From the NCBI GenBank assembly GCA_024229395.1, contig JAAESM010000085.1, positions 10,720 to 74,719 on the forward strand: a DNA stretch of 64,000 nt. The letters are read 5' to 3'. The stretch's first letter is position 1. The number at the start of each line of letters is the position of its first letter. Made by a program: the position numbers and the translations under genes. Origin of the DNA: Planctomycetota bacterium (lineage in GTDB: Bacteria > Planctomycetota > UBA1135). Shown here in pieces: positions 9,271-19,339 of the stretch. Under the pieces are notes generated by a model. It was given only the letters and a program-made list of their open reading frames with translations. It was not told the origin of the DNA and did not search any database.

Positions 9271-12200
9271 TTACCAGATGAACGGAATCTTGATGTATTC
9301 CATGATCGGCAGAGGACTCGACAGGTCCATCTGACCACCACCTGCGTTGGCTTCGAAGGTGACACGGTAGCGGATGAAACGCTTACCGGTGACCAGAGCC
9401 GGAGTCAGGTCCTGATGCCAAGTACCGGCACCACCAACAGGAGCGTTGATGTCGTCGGCGACCTGGAACTGGATGAAGACATCGGTGCTGTCAGGCAAGC
9501 CATCCTTCACACCCGAAGTGGCGATGCGGAAGAACTTCTCTTTCACCGACCAAACTGGGTTGCTGCTGTTCAGTGCGAAGGTCATTGGCCCATCCAGCAG
9601 GGAAGTCGTGATGACCATCTGCTTGGTGGTCGGGTTGTACGAGACATCGACGATCTCGTAACCGACATCACCAGTGGAGTCTGGCATTACGTCGTAACCG
9701 ATCAACAGGTTCGGCGAACGCAGGAAGTGAGGAACTGCAGCGAAGATCGTGTCAGCACCAGGAATGGTCAGGCCATAAGCGGTGATGGTCACGTCGCCGG
9801 TGGAACCAGTTGCAACGTCGGAGAGTTTCGCGACCGAAGTACCAGACTTGTTCACGCGACCCAAGACGGTGGTCGAGACGCCATCGAAGCTCAAAGTAGG
9901 GTGACCATAGTCTGGGTAGAGCGCGTCATCGCCGAGGCGCAGCTCTGCACCACCGGTATCGATCCACTCGGACACGATGCGGGAACGCGAGGAGTAGAAA
10001 GGAACCAGGTTGTAAGCACGTGGGGCCGAAACCAGGTCAAGAACCTCTTCGGTCTCATCAGTTGGGAACTGTGCAGCTGCCAAGTAAGCGGCGATACCAA
10101 CACGAGCATCTGGGTGCCAGAGGATGTCCAGCGAAGGATCCGGCACGTGAATCTGGATGATGCCGTTTGCACCAGAGCCACCACGCCCCGTACCGAAGGT
10201 TGGATTACCGTCGTTACCTTGAAGAATAGGAGCTGCCCAACCACGGCGGCCACCAAAGGCCTGAATGTTGTTGACTGGAGTCAGGTTCGGAACCTGACCA
10301 GCGATGGTTGCGGAACCGACATCGATGTCGCGCAGATCCAACTTGCCGGAGGTGTGCAGAATGATGTGACCACCAGAGCCGCCACCGGAACCGGAGACGC
10401 CCTGGTTGTTCACGGTCAGCGACTCACCGGAGAAGCCGATGCCGCCGTTAGCCTGAATCAAGCCGGCTGAACCAATCTTGATGTTGCCGATCGACATGAT
10501 GATCAATTGACCAGCACCGCCACCGCCACCAGCACCCTTACGGTAGGTATCCCAACCATCCGAGTTGTTGTTGCCGGACCTCTGAAAAGGTACCACTGGG
10601 TAGAAACTCAGCAGTGGATCAGTGATGCCGTCGCCATCGCGGTCCCAAACCTCGATCAGCATCGAGTCGCCACCACCACCACCGCCAGAGCCTGCCCATG
10701 GAGCAAGCATGACGCCTTCGTTGACTGAGCCATCGGTCATCAGGCGTGAGCCGTAGAAGTCAGACAAGAATCGGCGGTCAAGCGAGGCAATCGTGAAGAT
10801 TGAAGGACCAGCCTCGCCGCGGTCAGCGCCACGCGTTGGGCTGCCTTCCCAGAATGGGCTTTCAGCCTCAACGGTCCAGGATGGGTCGTAAGTGTTACCA
10901 AGAGCGTTGGCGTCATCCAGCGCATCTTCCATGCCGTGCACAGCGTAAGCACCGGCCGGGTAACCCACGGTTCGTGCCGAGCCGCGTACACCGCGCTCCG
11001 AACCGAAAATCGCGTTGGCGAAATCGGAGTAGTCGTTCGGGTCAGGATTGACCATGGCACTGTGCTTGGTCACGCTGTGGTCAGGGCCGGCGTTATCGAC
11101 GTTGTATGGACGCCAGTCGCCGTTGCCGGTTGGCCAGTCATCCCAAAGGACCGACTGGTTCTGGGTGCGCGCGAAACCACCGCCACCACCACCACCAACG
11201 ATGGTGCCGTATAGACCACTGTTACCAGTGTTGTAGAAGTCGCTGTTGAAGCCGCCTTCTCCACCACCGCCACCACCACCTTCTGCACCGAAGGGAGCAT
11301 CTCCATCTTCAGCACGCAGGGTTTCGGCATTACCGATCTGCGAGGCGTCGCCACCGCGACCGCCACCACATTCACCACCAGCACCACCTTCAACGAACTG
11401 CGGAGAGTTCAGCGAGGTAGGCCAAGTCGCGTTGTTACCACTGATATTCAGGGTACCGCTGATATCCACGCTACCAGTTGCGTAGATCACTAATGGGTTG
11501 GTGCCGCGGCCACGCAAGGATGCACCCGAAGCGATAGTGAAATCGTTGACGTTGAGGACACCGTTCTGAACGGTGTGCTGACGGTTGTTCGAATCGGTAA
11601 AGACCGACTGTGAATCCGTGATGATGACGCCGGTAGCGCCAAAGCTCAGGTAGAAGTCGTTGTCTTCGGCGACGAAGTTACCCGGGAACTCAAAGCTTGC
11701 CGAGACGAAGCCATCTCCAATCGAAGCGGCAGGCACCGACAGCGGCTCATCAAGATCCAAGTGGCTGGTGTTCTCGAAACTGTCGCTGAACTCATCAGCG
11801 GCCAGATCGGTCTCAGTCCAAGTTGGGTCGTCGTAGATATCGCCCAGCGAAGGGGTGGTATGACTACCGATCACCACAGTTGCAGTGTTGGCTTGGCCAA
11901 CCAAGTCGGTGAAGGAAGTGCTCAGGCGCAAGGAAAGCTTGCGATTCACAGGCATAATGCCGGTGACATGGAATTCCACGGTACTGCCTGCATCACTGCA
12001 GTTCTGGACCAACACCAAGGTTCCAGGAACCTGGTTGGCAGCAGGGAAGGTGTTCTCGCCAGCGGTTCCAACCTCATCCTGCGAGTAAAGCAGGCTGACG
12101 TTGGTGGTGTTCAGGTTATCGCTACGTCCATCGATGGCCTGGTTGAACTGAATCGCAACGACCGGGTTCGGATCGGTGAACAAGTTCAGCCCCGTAGGGA

Positions 12201-12762
12201 ACTCAACCAAGGTCGCGACCGGCGGGCCAGCGACGCGATCCAAGAACTGCGGTTGCGAAGGTTGCGGAGTTTGGAAGGTGCGTCTCAAGCCTACTTCCAA
12301 GGAGCGTCCTTGCGTATCGCGCAGTACCGTCGGGCTGTTGCTTTGCGTTGGCAGGAAAAGCTCGTAGCTATAACCGCCAGGCAAGAAAGCGCCGTTGGAG
12401 TTGGTGTCATCGGTTGGACAAGCTGGGCGGAACAGAATCACGCGACCGCCGCTTCCTGCTTCTAGCTCGAAAGTACCTGTGACAGGTGTGCTGCTGTTGC
12501 CGTTAAGCTCCGCGCGGATTTGAATCGAACCGAAGTTAATCGAGGTTGGATCCACCGCATGGTTGAACTCCAGGCGGATGGGGCGGTTAAGCTGCCAGTC
12601 CATCCCTTCAAGGATGTTGGTACCTTCAGCAAGGAAGGAACCTCCGGCGTTAAAGCTTGTGCCATCAGGGCCAACTGAAACCGAAGATCCAGGGCCGCAG
12701 CTACCAACCAGAGTGGCAGTGGCGAGGGTAAGAAGGGTTAGTGATTTCCGCATGAGACGCAT
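9271..12762 (-). CDS. Large surface lipoprotein with Ig-like domains and a glycine-rich region
   Basis: 1163-aa ORF; lipobox LVGSC; two xxFNxxxD Ig-like modules; many GGGGG runs. Confidence 0.8.
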   Translation of the reverse strand: MRLMRKSLTLLTLATATLVGSCGPGSSVSVGPDGTSFNAGGSFLAEGTNILEGMDWQLNRPIRLEFNHAVDPTSINFGSIQIRAELNGNSSTPVTGTFELEAGSGGRVILFRPACPTDDTNSNGAFLPGGYSYELFLPTQSNSPTVLRDTQGRSLEVGLRRTFQTPQPSQPQFLDRVAGPPVATLVEFPTGLNLFTDPNPVVAIQFNQAIDGRSDNLNTTNVSLLYSQDEVGTAGENTFPAANQVPGTLVLVQNCSDAGSTVEFHVTGIMPVNRKLSLRLSTSFTDLVGQANTATVVIGSHTTPSLGDIYDDPTWTETDLAADEFSDSFENTSHLDLDEPLSVPAASIGDGFVSASFEFPGNFVAEDNDFYLSFGATGVIITDSQSVFTDSNNRQHTVQNGVLNVNDFTIASGASLRGRGTNPLVIYATGSVDISGTLNISGNNATWPTSLNSPQFVEGGAGGECGGGRGGDASQIGNAETLRAEDGDAPFGAEGGGGGGGEGGFNSDFYNTGNSGLYGTIVGGGGGGGFARTQNQSVLWDDWPTGNGDWRPYNVDNAGPDHSVTKHSAMVNPDPNDYSDFANAIFGSERGVRGSARTVGYPAGAYAVHGMEDALDDANALGNTYDPSWTVEAESPFWEGSPTRGADRGEAGPSIFTIASLDRRFLSDFYGSRLMTDGSVNEGVMLAPWAGSGGGGGGDSMLIEVWDRDGDGITDPLLSFYPVVPFQRSGNNNSDGWDTYRKGAGGGGGAGQLIIMSIGNIKIGSAGLIQANGGIGFSGESLTVNNQGVSGSGGGSGGHIILHTSGKLDLRDIDVGSATIAGQVPNLTPVNNIQAFGGRRGWAAPILQGNDGNPTFGTGRGGSGANGIIQIHVPDPSLDILWHPDARVGIAAYLAAAQFPTDETEEVLDLVSAPRAYNLVPFYSSRSRIVSEWIDTGGAELRLGDDALYPDYGHPTLSFDGVSTTVLGRVNKSGTSVAKLSDVATGSTGDVTITAYGLTIPGADTIFAAVPHFLRSPNLLIGYDVMPDSTGDVGYEIVDVSYNPTTKQMVITTSLLDGPMTFALNSSNPVWSVKEKFFRIATSGVKDGLPDSTDVFIQFQVADDINAPVGGAGTWHQDLTPALVTGKRFIRYRVTFEANAGGGQMDLSSPLPIMEYIKIPFIW

Positions 12763-12821
12763 GGCTGACCTAACAGCCTATCTGATTGTAGGGCTGCGAG
12801 GAAGTCAGGCATCCCTTTACC

Positions 12822-12836
12822 GCAAGACTCGTGCCA
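12822..12836 (-). promoter_or_regulatory. Sigma54 (-24/-12) promoter
   Basis: TGGCAC-GAGTC-TTGC matches TGGCAC-N5-TTGC exactly, 60 nt upstream of the start codon. Confidence 0.75.
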
Positions 12837-13034
12837 AGCATTTTTCATCCGTAAAGGGCAATTACGGAGCGCCACACAACGCAGTCCGTTCATTTTCGCA
12901 CACCACCCCATCCTGGCCCCGGGCCCGTCTTACAGCCGCGGCTGAGGAAAGCCTGATGAATCCGGGCTTATGGGGTACACTCAAAATGCCCCAATCCTTC
13001 GGTTTTTCCGAATCTCCCATTAATCATACCTCTC

Positions 13035-16031
13035 ATGCTCTCTACTCTGCTGCTGGCACCGTTGATGGTGCCCATTTTGTCCTTTCAGACGGCCAGCCAA
13101 GCTCCGCCTGTTTCCGAGCCAATACAATCCGTGACTGTTGTCGGTTATGACCATCTTGAGGTCCAAGCCAATACCTTTACATCGAATCGCCAGCAAGATC
13201 CTGCTGCCGCGGCGGATGCCAACGGCAACCTATTGGTCGCCTGGGGAAGCCGTCGCCAGGAGCAAGGTTCCTTCGGCGTATTTGCCCAACTGCTCGATCC
13301 ACGTGGTCGCCCGCTCGGCACCGAACTGCATGTAAACCAGTTCGTCCAAGGCGAACAGGCCAAGCCAGCAGTTGCTTTTGCAGCCGACGGCACCGCCATG
13401 ATCGTTTGGCATTCGGTGAACCAGTTCGGCGAGGCCACCGATATCTACGCGCGTCGCTTTGGAGTCCCTGAAGGTGGCACCGAGTTCGAGGCCATTGGCG
13501 ATGAGTTCTTGGTCAACCAGCTCACCCCAGGTGACCAGATGAACTCGATGATCAGCAGCAACGCCGCCGGCGAGATGATGATCAGCTGGACCGGTTTCGA
13601 GAATCAGCGCCGCGTGATTCGCGCGCGCCTGTTCGCTTCCGACGGCACGCCAAAGGGCAATGAATTCCGTCTCTCCGACCAACAAGATTTCCAGGAAGGT
13701 TTGGTCAGCGTTGCTCCTAGCAGCAACGGTTTCGTTGCCGTGTGGGCCAAGCGCAACATTGATGGATACCCAGAAGGTTTGGTTGGTTGTCAGCTGGATA
13801 CCAGCGGCGACAAGATCCAGCGCAAGCCCTTCACCGTCTCCACCGGCGCCGACGCATTCGATGTCGAGCCAAGTGTAGATAGTAGTGCCGATGGTTCCTT
13901 CGTGGTTGCATGGATGAGCAGCCAAGATGGCGAGGCCTACACCGCCAAAGCCCAGCGCTTCCAGGCAGACGCCACCCCTCTCAGCGCGACCTTGACGGTC
14001 GATGCTGGTGGAACCGGATCCCGCAGTGGCGCACAAGTCGCTGTTGCACCAGATGGCCGCTTCGTCGTGGCCTACAACTCCAACGAGGTCAAGCAGTTCT
14101 CCTCGCCAGGTCACCGCCCCACCAAGCCGGTCTCGATTCGCGCCCAGCGTTTCGCCGCCGACGGCAGTCAGCTCGGCGATTCCTTCCGCATGAACCAGTT
14201 CAATGAAGGTGAGCAGACGCTGCAAGTCGGTGTCAACGCCAAACACTTGCTGTGGACTGCTAAGGATCAACTCGTTGCTGCATGGCACGGTAACGCCGGT
14301 GATGATCACCGCGCAGTCGGCCTGAGCATTCTGGTCCCTGAAGACTTCAACCCACCTGCACCACCGGCAATCGAGCCACGCGCAGCTGGCTTGGATATCA
14401 CCGTCGACATGGTGCACGGTCCAAAGGCTAAGCCTGATTACGACCCGAACTTCATCGCACCCGTGTTCTTCCCACCACCACTCGCCTCGGGCGGTAGTGG
14501 CGGCTTCGAAGCCATCCAGAACACCGGTTGGACCCCACCAGACCCAGACCTGGCTGTTGGTCCTAACCACATCGTGACCGTCGCAAACGGCGAGATCTCT
14601 TTCTTCGACAAGCTCGGCAACCAAAGCTTCAGCGACACTATCGCTGGTAGCAGTGGTTTCTGGGGTTCCGTCGGTGCAGGTGGATTCGTCTTCGACCCGG
14701 TCGCCTTGTTTGACCCACATACCAACCGCTTCATCGTGGCCGCTGCTGATGGTGCCGGCACCAATGATTCCATCGTGTTGGCCATGTCCGACGACGATGA
14801 CCCAAACGGCACTTGGCACAAGTACCGCTTCCCTGTCTCCAGCACCTGTGTCTTCCTTGACTTCCCGAACCTCGGCGTCAACGACGAGGCCATCTTCTTG
14901 GCCGGTGACTGCTTCAGTGGTGGTGGCAACCGCATCTTCATGTGGGACAAGAGCAAGGTCATGAATGGCCAGACTGTGAGCATGAAGCAGGTCAACACGG
15001 CAGGCTCGCCAATCTCCTTGGGTGCTTCGAAGAACTACGACAGCAACTCACCGGCTTACTTCGCCTCGACCTACTCGTCGAGTTCGAACAAGCTGATGAT
15101 CAAGGCCGTTCGCAACCCGAACACCTCGCCGATTCTGTCGCAGTACGAACTGACCGTACCGTCCTTCGCCTTCCCACCGGGAGCCGCGCAGCTTGGTACT
15201 TCTAACCAGGCGGCAACTATCGACTGGCGCGTCAAGAACGGCGTGGTTCGTGATGGTTCCTTCTGGGTCGTGCACAACACCGGGGCCAACAGCACCGCGC
15301 GCGTGCGCTGGTATGAGATCGCGTTGAACGGCTGGCCAACCAGCGGTTCGAATCCGACCTTGATTCAGTCCAGCGACCTTAACTTCGGTACTGGTCAACA
15401 CAACTGGTTCGGCGACATCAACGTCGGCGCCAATGGCGATGCTGTCATCGCATTCAACCGTTCGTCCTCGAGTCAGTACATCGGCATCGAGTACGTAACG
15501 CGTAAGGCTGGTGATCCACTTGGAACCATGAGCCCGCCGAAGGAGCTCGTTCGCAGCACGTCCGCCGAAACCGGTTCGCGCTGGGGCGATTACTCTGGCG
15601 TGGAACAGGATCCAGTCGATCCGAACACTTTCTGGAGTCACCACGAATACCGCACCAACAGTTGGCGCACGTGGGTCGGCGAGTTCTCCACCATGGAAGA
15701 CCTCGCTTTGACCTCCAGACCTGTGACTGCCGGTAGCACCACGATCCTGACCGTGAATGCTGCTAACCCGGGTGAAACCGTGCACTTCCTGGCTAGCCTC
15801 AGCTTGGGTTCTACCGCTCCACCACAACTTGGTGGCTTGGTGTTGGACTTGGGTTCGGTGATCTACTTGGGTAGCAGCAGTGCCAATGGTTCCGGTACCG
15901 CAAGTTACGCGGCATCGGTTCCTGGCGGCGCCCCAGTCGGTGTAAACGCTTACCTTCAGGCAACGGCCCGACGCGGCATTGGCGGCGTCGATTCCGTGAA
16001 GTCGAACCTCGTGACGGAAGTGATTCAGTAA
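13035..16031 (+). CDS. Large secreted repeat protein (probable beta-propellers) with a conserved C-terminal domain
   Basis: Signal peptide; about 7 repeats of the type VN....Q..P.VA...G...V.W; second module PPDPDLAVGPNHIV...RWGDYSG; ~105-aa C-terminal domain. Confidence 0.8.
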   Translation: MLSTLLLAPLMVPILSFQTASQAPPVSEPIQSVTVVGYDHLEVQANTFTSNRQQDPAAAADANGNLLVAWGSRRQEQGSFGVFAQLLDPRGRPLGTELHVNQFVQGEQAKPAVAFAADGTAMIVWHSVNQFGEATDIYARRFGVPEGGTEFEAIGDEFLVNQLTPGDQMNSMISSNAAGEMMISWTGFENQRRVIRARLFASDGTPKGNEFRLSDQQDFQEGLVSVAPSSNGFVAVWAKRNIDGYPEGLVGCQLDTSGDKIQRKPFTVSTGADAFDVEPSVDSSADGSFVVAWMSSQDGEAYTAKAQRFQADATPLSATLTVDAGGTGSRSGAQVAVAPDGRFVVAYNSNEVKQFSSPGHRPTKPVSIRAQRFAADGSQLGDSFRMNQFNEGEQTLQVGVNAKHLLWTAKDQLVAAWHGNAGDDHRAVGLSILVPEDFNPPAPPAIEPRAAGLDITVDMVHGPKAKPDYDPNFIAPVFFPPPLASGGSGGFEAIQNTGWTPPDPDLAVGPNHIVTVANGEISFFDKLGNQSFSDTIAGSSGFWGSVGAGGFVFDPVALFDPHTNRFIVAAADGAGTNDSIVLAMSDDDDPNGTWHKYRFPVSSTCVFLDFPNLGVNDEAIFLAGDCFSGGGNRIFMWDKSKVMNGQTVSMKQVNTAGSPISLGASKNYDSNSPAYFASTYSSSSNKLMIKAVRNPNTSPILSQYELTVPSFAFPPGAAQLGTSNQAATIDWRVKNGVVRDGSFWVVHNTGANSTARVRWYEIALNGWPTSGSNPTLIQSSDLNFGTGQHNWFGDINVGANGDAVIAFNRSSSSQYIGIEYVTRKAGDPLGTMSPPKELVRSTSAETGSRWGDYSGVEQDPVDPNTFWSHHEYRTNSWRTWVGEFSTMEDLALTSRPVTAGSTTILTVNAANPGETVHFLASLSLGSTAPPQLGGLVLDLGSVIYLGSSSANGSGTASYAASVPGGAPVGVNAYLQATARRGIGGVDSVKSNLVTEVIQ

Positions 16032-16047
16032 GTTCCTGAACGACTCA

Positions 16048-16073
16048 GTCGGCCACGGTTCGCTGTGGCCGAC
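16048..16073. terminator. Hairpin between convergent genes
   Basis: GTCGGCCACGG-TTCG-CTGTGGCCGAC; no clear U tract. Confidence 0.5.
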
Positions 16074-16079
16074 GCAGCC

Positions 16080-16742
16080 TTAATCGGCTTGAATGGCCGC
16101 CACTTGTAAAGACATGTGGCGGTCATTATCAATTACCAGCTCGGCGCCCTGCAGTCCGGCTTCGCGCGCGATGTCGATCAGTTCGTCGGCACTGTATGCA
16201 GCACGGAATCCGGCCAACATCGCTGCCTTGCCTTTGGCATCACGATCGCTGCCATACTTCTCAACCAAGGCCTCGGCTTCGGCAAGGGTTTCCGGGCGAT
16301 AGTGATCGCGGATCAACAACACGCCGCCTTTGGCAGTCACCCGCCAGGCTTCACGCAGATAAGCCACTGGGTCTTCCATGTGGTGCAAGGAGGACTTGGA
16401 GCAAACCGCTTGGAAGCTGCCATCTTCAAAGGGCAAAGCGCTGGCATTGGCTTGTTGAAACTCAACGCGCTCGGCATGACTGCTGACTTCTTTATGCTCC
16501 GCCGCGATGTCCAACATAGGTTGCGAACAATCCACGCCGACCACCTGTACCTTCGAGGAGATCGCTACCAACTGCAGCGCCACATGGCCCGGTCCACAGG
16601 CGATATCCAACACGCGGCCAACCGCTCCGAGCTCCAACAGGCGACGCGCGAAAGCGTGATTGACGGTGGAGAAATCCTTGGCGTCGTAAGCCTCGGCGTG
16701 TGCGGCGGTGTCGGCGGCATATGGTTCGGGCACCCGTTTCAT
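16080..16742 (-). CDS. Class I SAM-dependent methyltransferase
   Basis: VLDIACGPG, LPFEDGSF, SLHH; ATG 16742 lies 6 nt after TATCCT. Confidence 0.88.
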   Translation of the reverse strand: MKRVPEPYAADTAAHAEAYDAKDFSTVNHAFARRLLELGAVGRVLDIACGPGHVALQLVAISSKVQVVGVDCSQPMLDIAAEHKEVSSHAERVEFQQANASALPFEDGSFQAVCSKSSLHHMEDPVAYLREAWRVTAKGGVLLIRDHYRPETLAEAEALVEKYGSDRDAKGKAAMLAGFRAAYSADELIDIAREAGLQGAELVIDNDRHMSLQVAAIQAD

Positions 16743-16852
16743 CGCCACAGGATAGCCGCTGGATGTGCTTGGAATGGTGGCTGGCAGCGTTGGCCAGGCG
16801 CGGCCGGACAGCAGAGCATGACGCCCGCCCGTCGCTGTTAAACTCCCGCCCC

Positions 16853-17563
16853 ATGAGCCTGGTCACCATAGCCCGCGAACTCGCCACCCAAGTGGATGCC
16901 CTGCGTTTCCCCGCGCCGGTCACTCATGTCTACAACCCCTTGGTGTACGCCCGCCGCTCGCACGAAAAGTACCTGCGGCGCTACGCCAAGCGCGGTGTGC
17001 GCAGCCTGTTGGTTGGCATGAACCCCGGCCCTTGGGGCATGGCGCAGACTGGCGTGCCTTTTGGCGAAGTGGCCATCGCCCGTGATTGGCTGGAGCTCGA
17101 AGCCAAGGTCGACCAACCACCGCTGCTGCACCCGAAACGTCCGATTGAAGGATTCGCCTGCACACGTTCCGAAGTCAGCGGCCGACGCCTCTGGGGTTGG
17201 GCCCAAGAGATGTACGACTCGCCCGATGCCTTCGCCGAGCAGTTCGCCATCATCAACTACTGCCCGCTGGTCTTCATGGAAGAAAGCGGCCGCAACTTCA
17301 CGCCGGACAAGCTGCCTGCGGCCTCGCGTGATCCATTGTTCGAGGTCTGTGATGAAGCGCTGCGTCAAGCGGTGAAGTGGCTCAAGCCGGAGCTGGTGAT
17401 CGGCGTCGGAAAGTTCGCCGAGAAACGCGCCATCTTGGCCCTAGGAAAAGACGGTCCGCGCATCGGCACCGTGCTGCATCCAAGTCCAGCAAGTCCAATC
17501 GCCAATCGCGGCTGGCAACCTCAAGCCGTCAAACAACTGAAAGCCCTCGGAGCCCTCGACTAG
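16853..17563 (+). CDS. SMUG1-type (family 3) uracil-DNA glycosylase
   Basis: GMNPGPWGMAQTGVPFG, RSEVSGRRLW, NYCPL, HPSPASP; start at MSLVTIA. Confidence 0.93.
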   Translation: MSLVTIARELATQVDALRFPAPVTHVYNPLVYARRSHEKYLRRYAKRGVRSLLVGMNPGPWGMAQTGVPFGEVAIARDWLELEAKVDQPPLLHPKRPIEGFACTRSEVSGRRLWGWAQEMYDSPDAFAEQFAIINYCPLVFMEESGRNFTPDKLPAASRDPLFEVCDEALRQAVKWLKPELVIGVGKFAEKRAILALGKDGPRIGTVLHPSPASPIANRGWQPQAVKQLKALGALD

Positions 17564-17565
17564 TT

Positions 17566-18339
17566 TTGCGTATTACCTCTTTGAACATGAACGGAATCCG
17601 CGCCGCCGCGCGCAAGGGTTTCTTTGAATGGCTGCCGGAACATGATGCCGATGTGATCTGCTTGCAGGAAACGCGCGTGCAGGATCATCAGATGACTAAG
17701 GTCATGAAGGACCCGCCTGGCATGCATGCGATCTACCATCACGCTGAGAAACCTGGTTATTCCGGCGTAGCGATCTACTCCAAGGTTGAACCAGACAATG
17801 TGCAGATTGGTTTGGGCTGGGATGAGTTGGATTGCGAAGGTCGCTTCCTGCAAGCTGATTTCGGTCGCACCAGCGTGGTCTCCTTGTACCTGCCGTCGGG
17901 TTCGTCAAAGGATGAGCGGCAAGCCTTCAAATACAAGGTCATGGACCGCTTCGCCGAATGGATGGATGAGAAGCGCAAGTCACGCCGCAACATCGTCATC
18001 TGTGGTGACTGGAATATCGCCCACACCAAGATGGACATAAAGAACTGGCGTGGCAATCAGAAGAACTCAGGTTTCCTGCCGGAAGAGCGCGAGTGGATGA
18101 GCAAGGTGTTCGGGCCGATGGGTTGGCGTGATGTCTTCCGCGACTTGTATCCCGATGCCGAAGGTGATGGTTACACCTGGTGGTCGAACCGTGGTCAAGC
18201 TTGGGCCAACAACACCGGTTGGCGCATCGACTATCAAGTGGCCACTCCCGGGCTGGCAAAAAAAGCCGTTCAAGGGTCGGTTTGGCGAGAAACCCGCTTC
18301 TCGGACCACGCACCGCTGATTGTGGACTATGATGCCTGA
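17566..18339 (+). CDS. xth: Exodeoxyribonuclease III (AP endonuclease)
   Basis: NMNGIRAA, CLQE, GYSGVA, GDWNIAH, GWRIDY, SDHAP; TTG start 2 nt after the SMUG1 stop. Confidence 0.93.
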   Translation: MRITSLNMNGIRAAARKGFFEWLPEHDADVICLQETRVQDHQMTKVMKDPPGMHAIYHHAEKPGYSGVAIYSKVEPDNVQIGLGWDELDCEGRFLQADFGRTSVVSLYLPSGSSKDERQAFKYKVMDRFAEWMDEKRKSRRNIVICGDWNIAHTKMDIKNWRGNQKNSGFLPEEREWMSKVFGPMGWRDVFRDLYPDAEGDGYTWWSNRGQAWANNTGWRIDYQVATPGLAKKAVQGSVWRETRFSDHAPLIVDYDA

Positions 18340-18379
18340 GCCCCCCTTTTCGGGCCTAACCCCTCCCTCAGCCATTCAC

Positions 18380-19330
18380 ATGTCGAAGCAATTCCTTCTT
18401 TCGGCTGCCGCCACACTTATGACGGCCTGCCTTTCCGCCCAGCAAGTTCAGTTCTCCACCGACCTTGATCAACAGAACAACGTCATCAACTGGAACGTCA
18501 CCACCAGTGTCGGCAACGTCAACGTCAGCCCATCCAACTTCAGGGTCGGAGGCTCCGTCGAGGTCAAGTTGGATACTGCAAGTGCACCCTTTTCCAGCGG
18601 CCGACTGAACGGTGCGATCGCCTTCACCGCGCCAGACACCCTGAACGGCACGATCCCGAACCCAATTCCATTCCTGCCCCCACTGGCTACCTTCGAGATT
18701 CGCGACATGCAGTTTCATCTGTCCTCGTCGGTCTTCTCGATTGGCCCGAACGGCAACTTCAACGCCATGGTCACGCTCACGGCGACCTCGGGCACCAACA
18801 CCATGGGTGGCTTATTCGGCAGTGGCACCGAGCCGATCTTCGGCCTCGGTTCTGACCCGACTCCAGTCACCGGCCAGGTGACTCAAAACGGTTCCACTAT
18901 CCAGTTCCACCTGGATCTGAACTTGGCTGTGAGCATGGACGACCCAGGCAGCGGCGTCACCGTTGACATCAGTTTCACGGGTCCTGTCGATGCCTACACC
19001 GACGTCAGCGAAGCCAACAGCATGCACCTAGACTTGTCCATGCCTACTCTTTCCGGTACCCAAGCGAACTTCACCTACATCAACGCCGCGCCGAACAGCA
19101 ATGTCTTCCTGGCTGGCAGCTTGGCCGGTTTGGGCAATACCGTGATTCCACAGTTGGGTGTAGTCCTGAACTTAGCCGCACCGATTCAAGCCGGCATGGA
19201 TCACGCAAACGCGAGTGGTAGCGGACAGTTCCAGGTCAACATCCCAGCCAACTTGGCGGGTCGCTCGATCTGGGCTCAAGCCTTGCAGGCTGGCCGTACC
19301 AGCAACGTCGCCGGAAGCTGGGTGCAGTAA
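18380..19330 (+). CDS. Secreted hypothetical protein with a conserved C-terminal domain
   Basis: Signal peptide MSKQFLLSAAATLMTACLSA; beta-rich; C-terminus resembles that of 13035-16031. Confidence 0.75.
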   Translation: MSKQFLLSAAATLMTACLSAQQVQFSTDLDQQNNVINWNVTTSVGNVNVSPSNFRVGGSVEVKLDTASAPFSSGRLNGAIAFTAPDTLNGTIPNPIPFLPPLATFEIRDMQFHLSSSVFSIGPNGNFNAMVTLTATSGTNTMGGLFGSGTEPIFGLGSDPTPVTGQVTQNGSTIQFHLDLNLAVSMDDPGSGVTVDISFTGPVDAYTDVSEANSMHLDLSMPTLSGTQANFTYINAAPNSNVFLAGSLAGLGNTVIPQLGVVLNLAAPIQAGMDHANASGSGQFQVNIPANLAGRSIWAQALQAGRTSNVAGSWVQ

Positions 19331-19339
19331 GCACCTCTC

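Noticed and set aside
9088-10470. 460-aa plus-strand ORF
   Set aside because: Antisense shadow of the lipoprotein gene; no recognisable motifs.
13230-14819. 529-aa minus-strand ORF
   Set aside because: Antisense shadow of the secreted repeat protein, expected with GC-rich codon bias.
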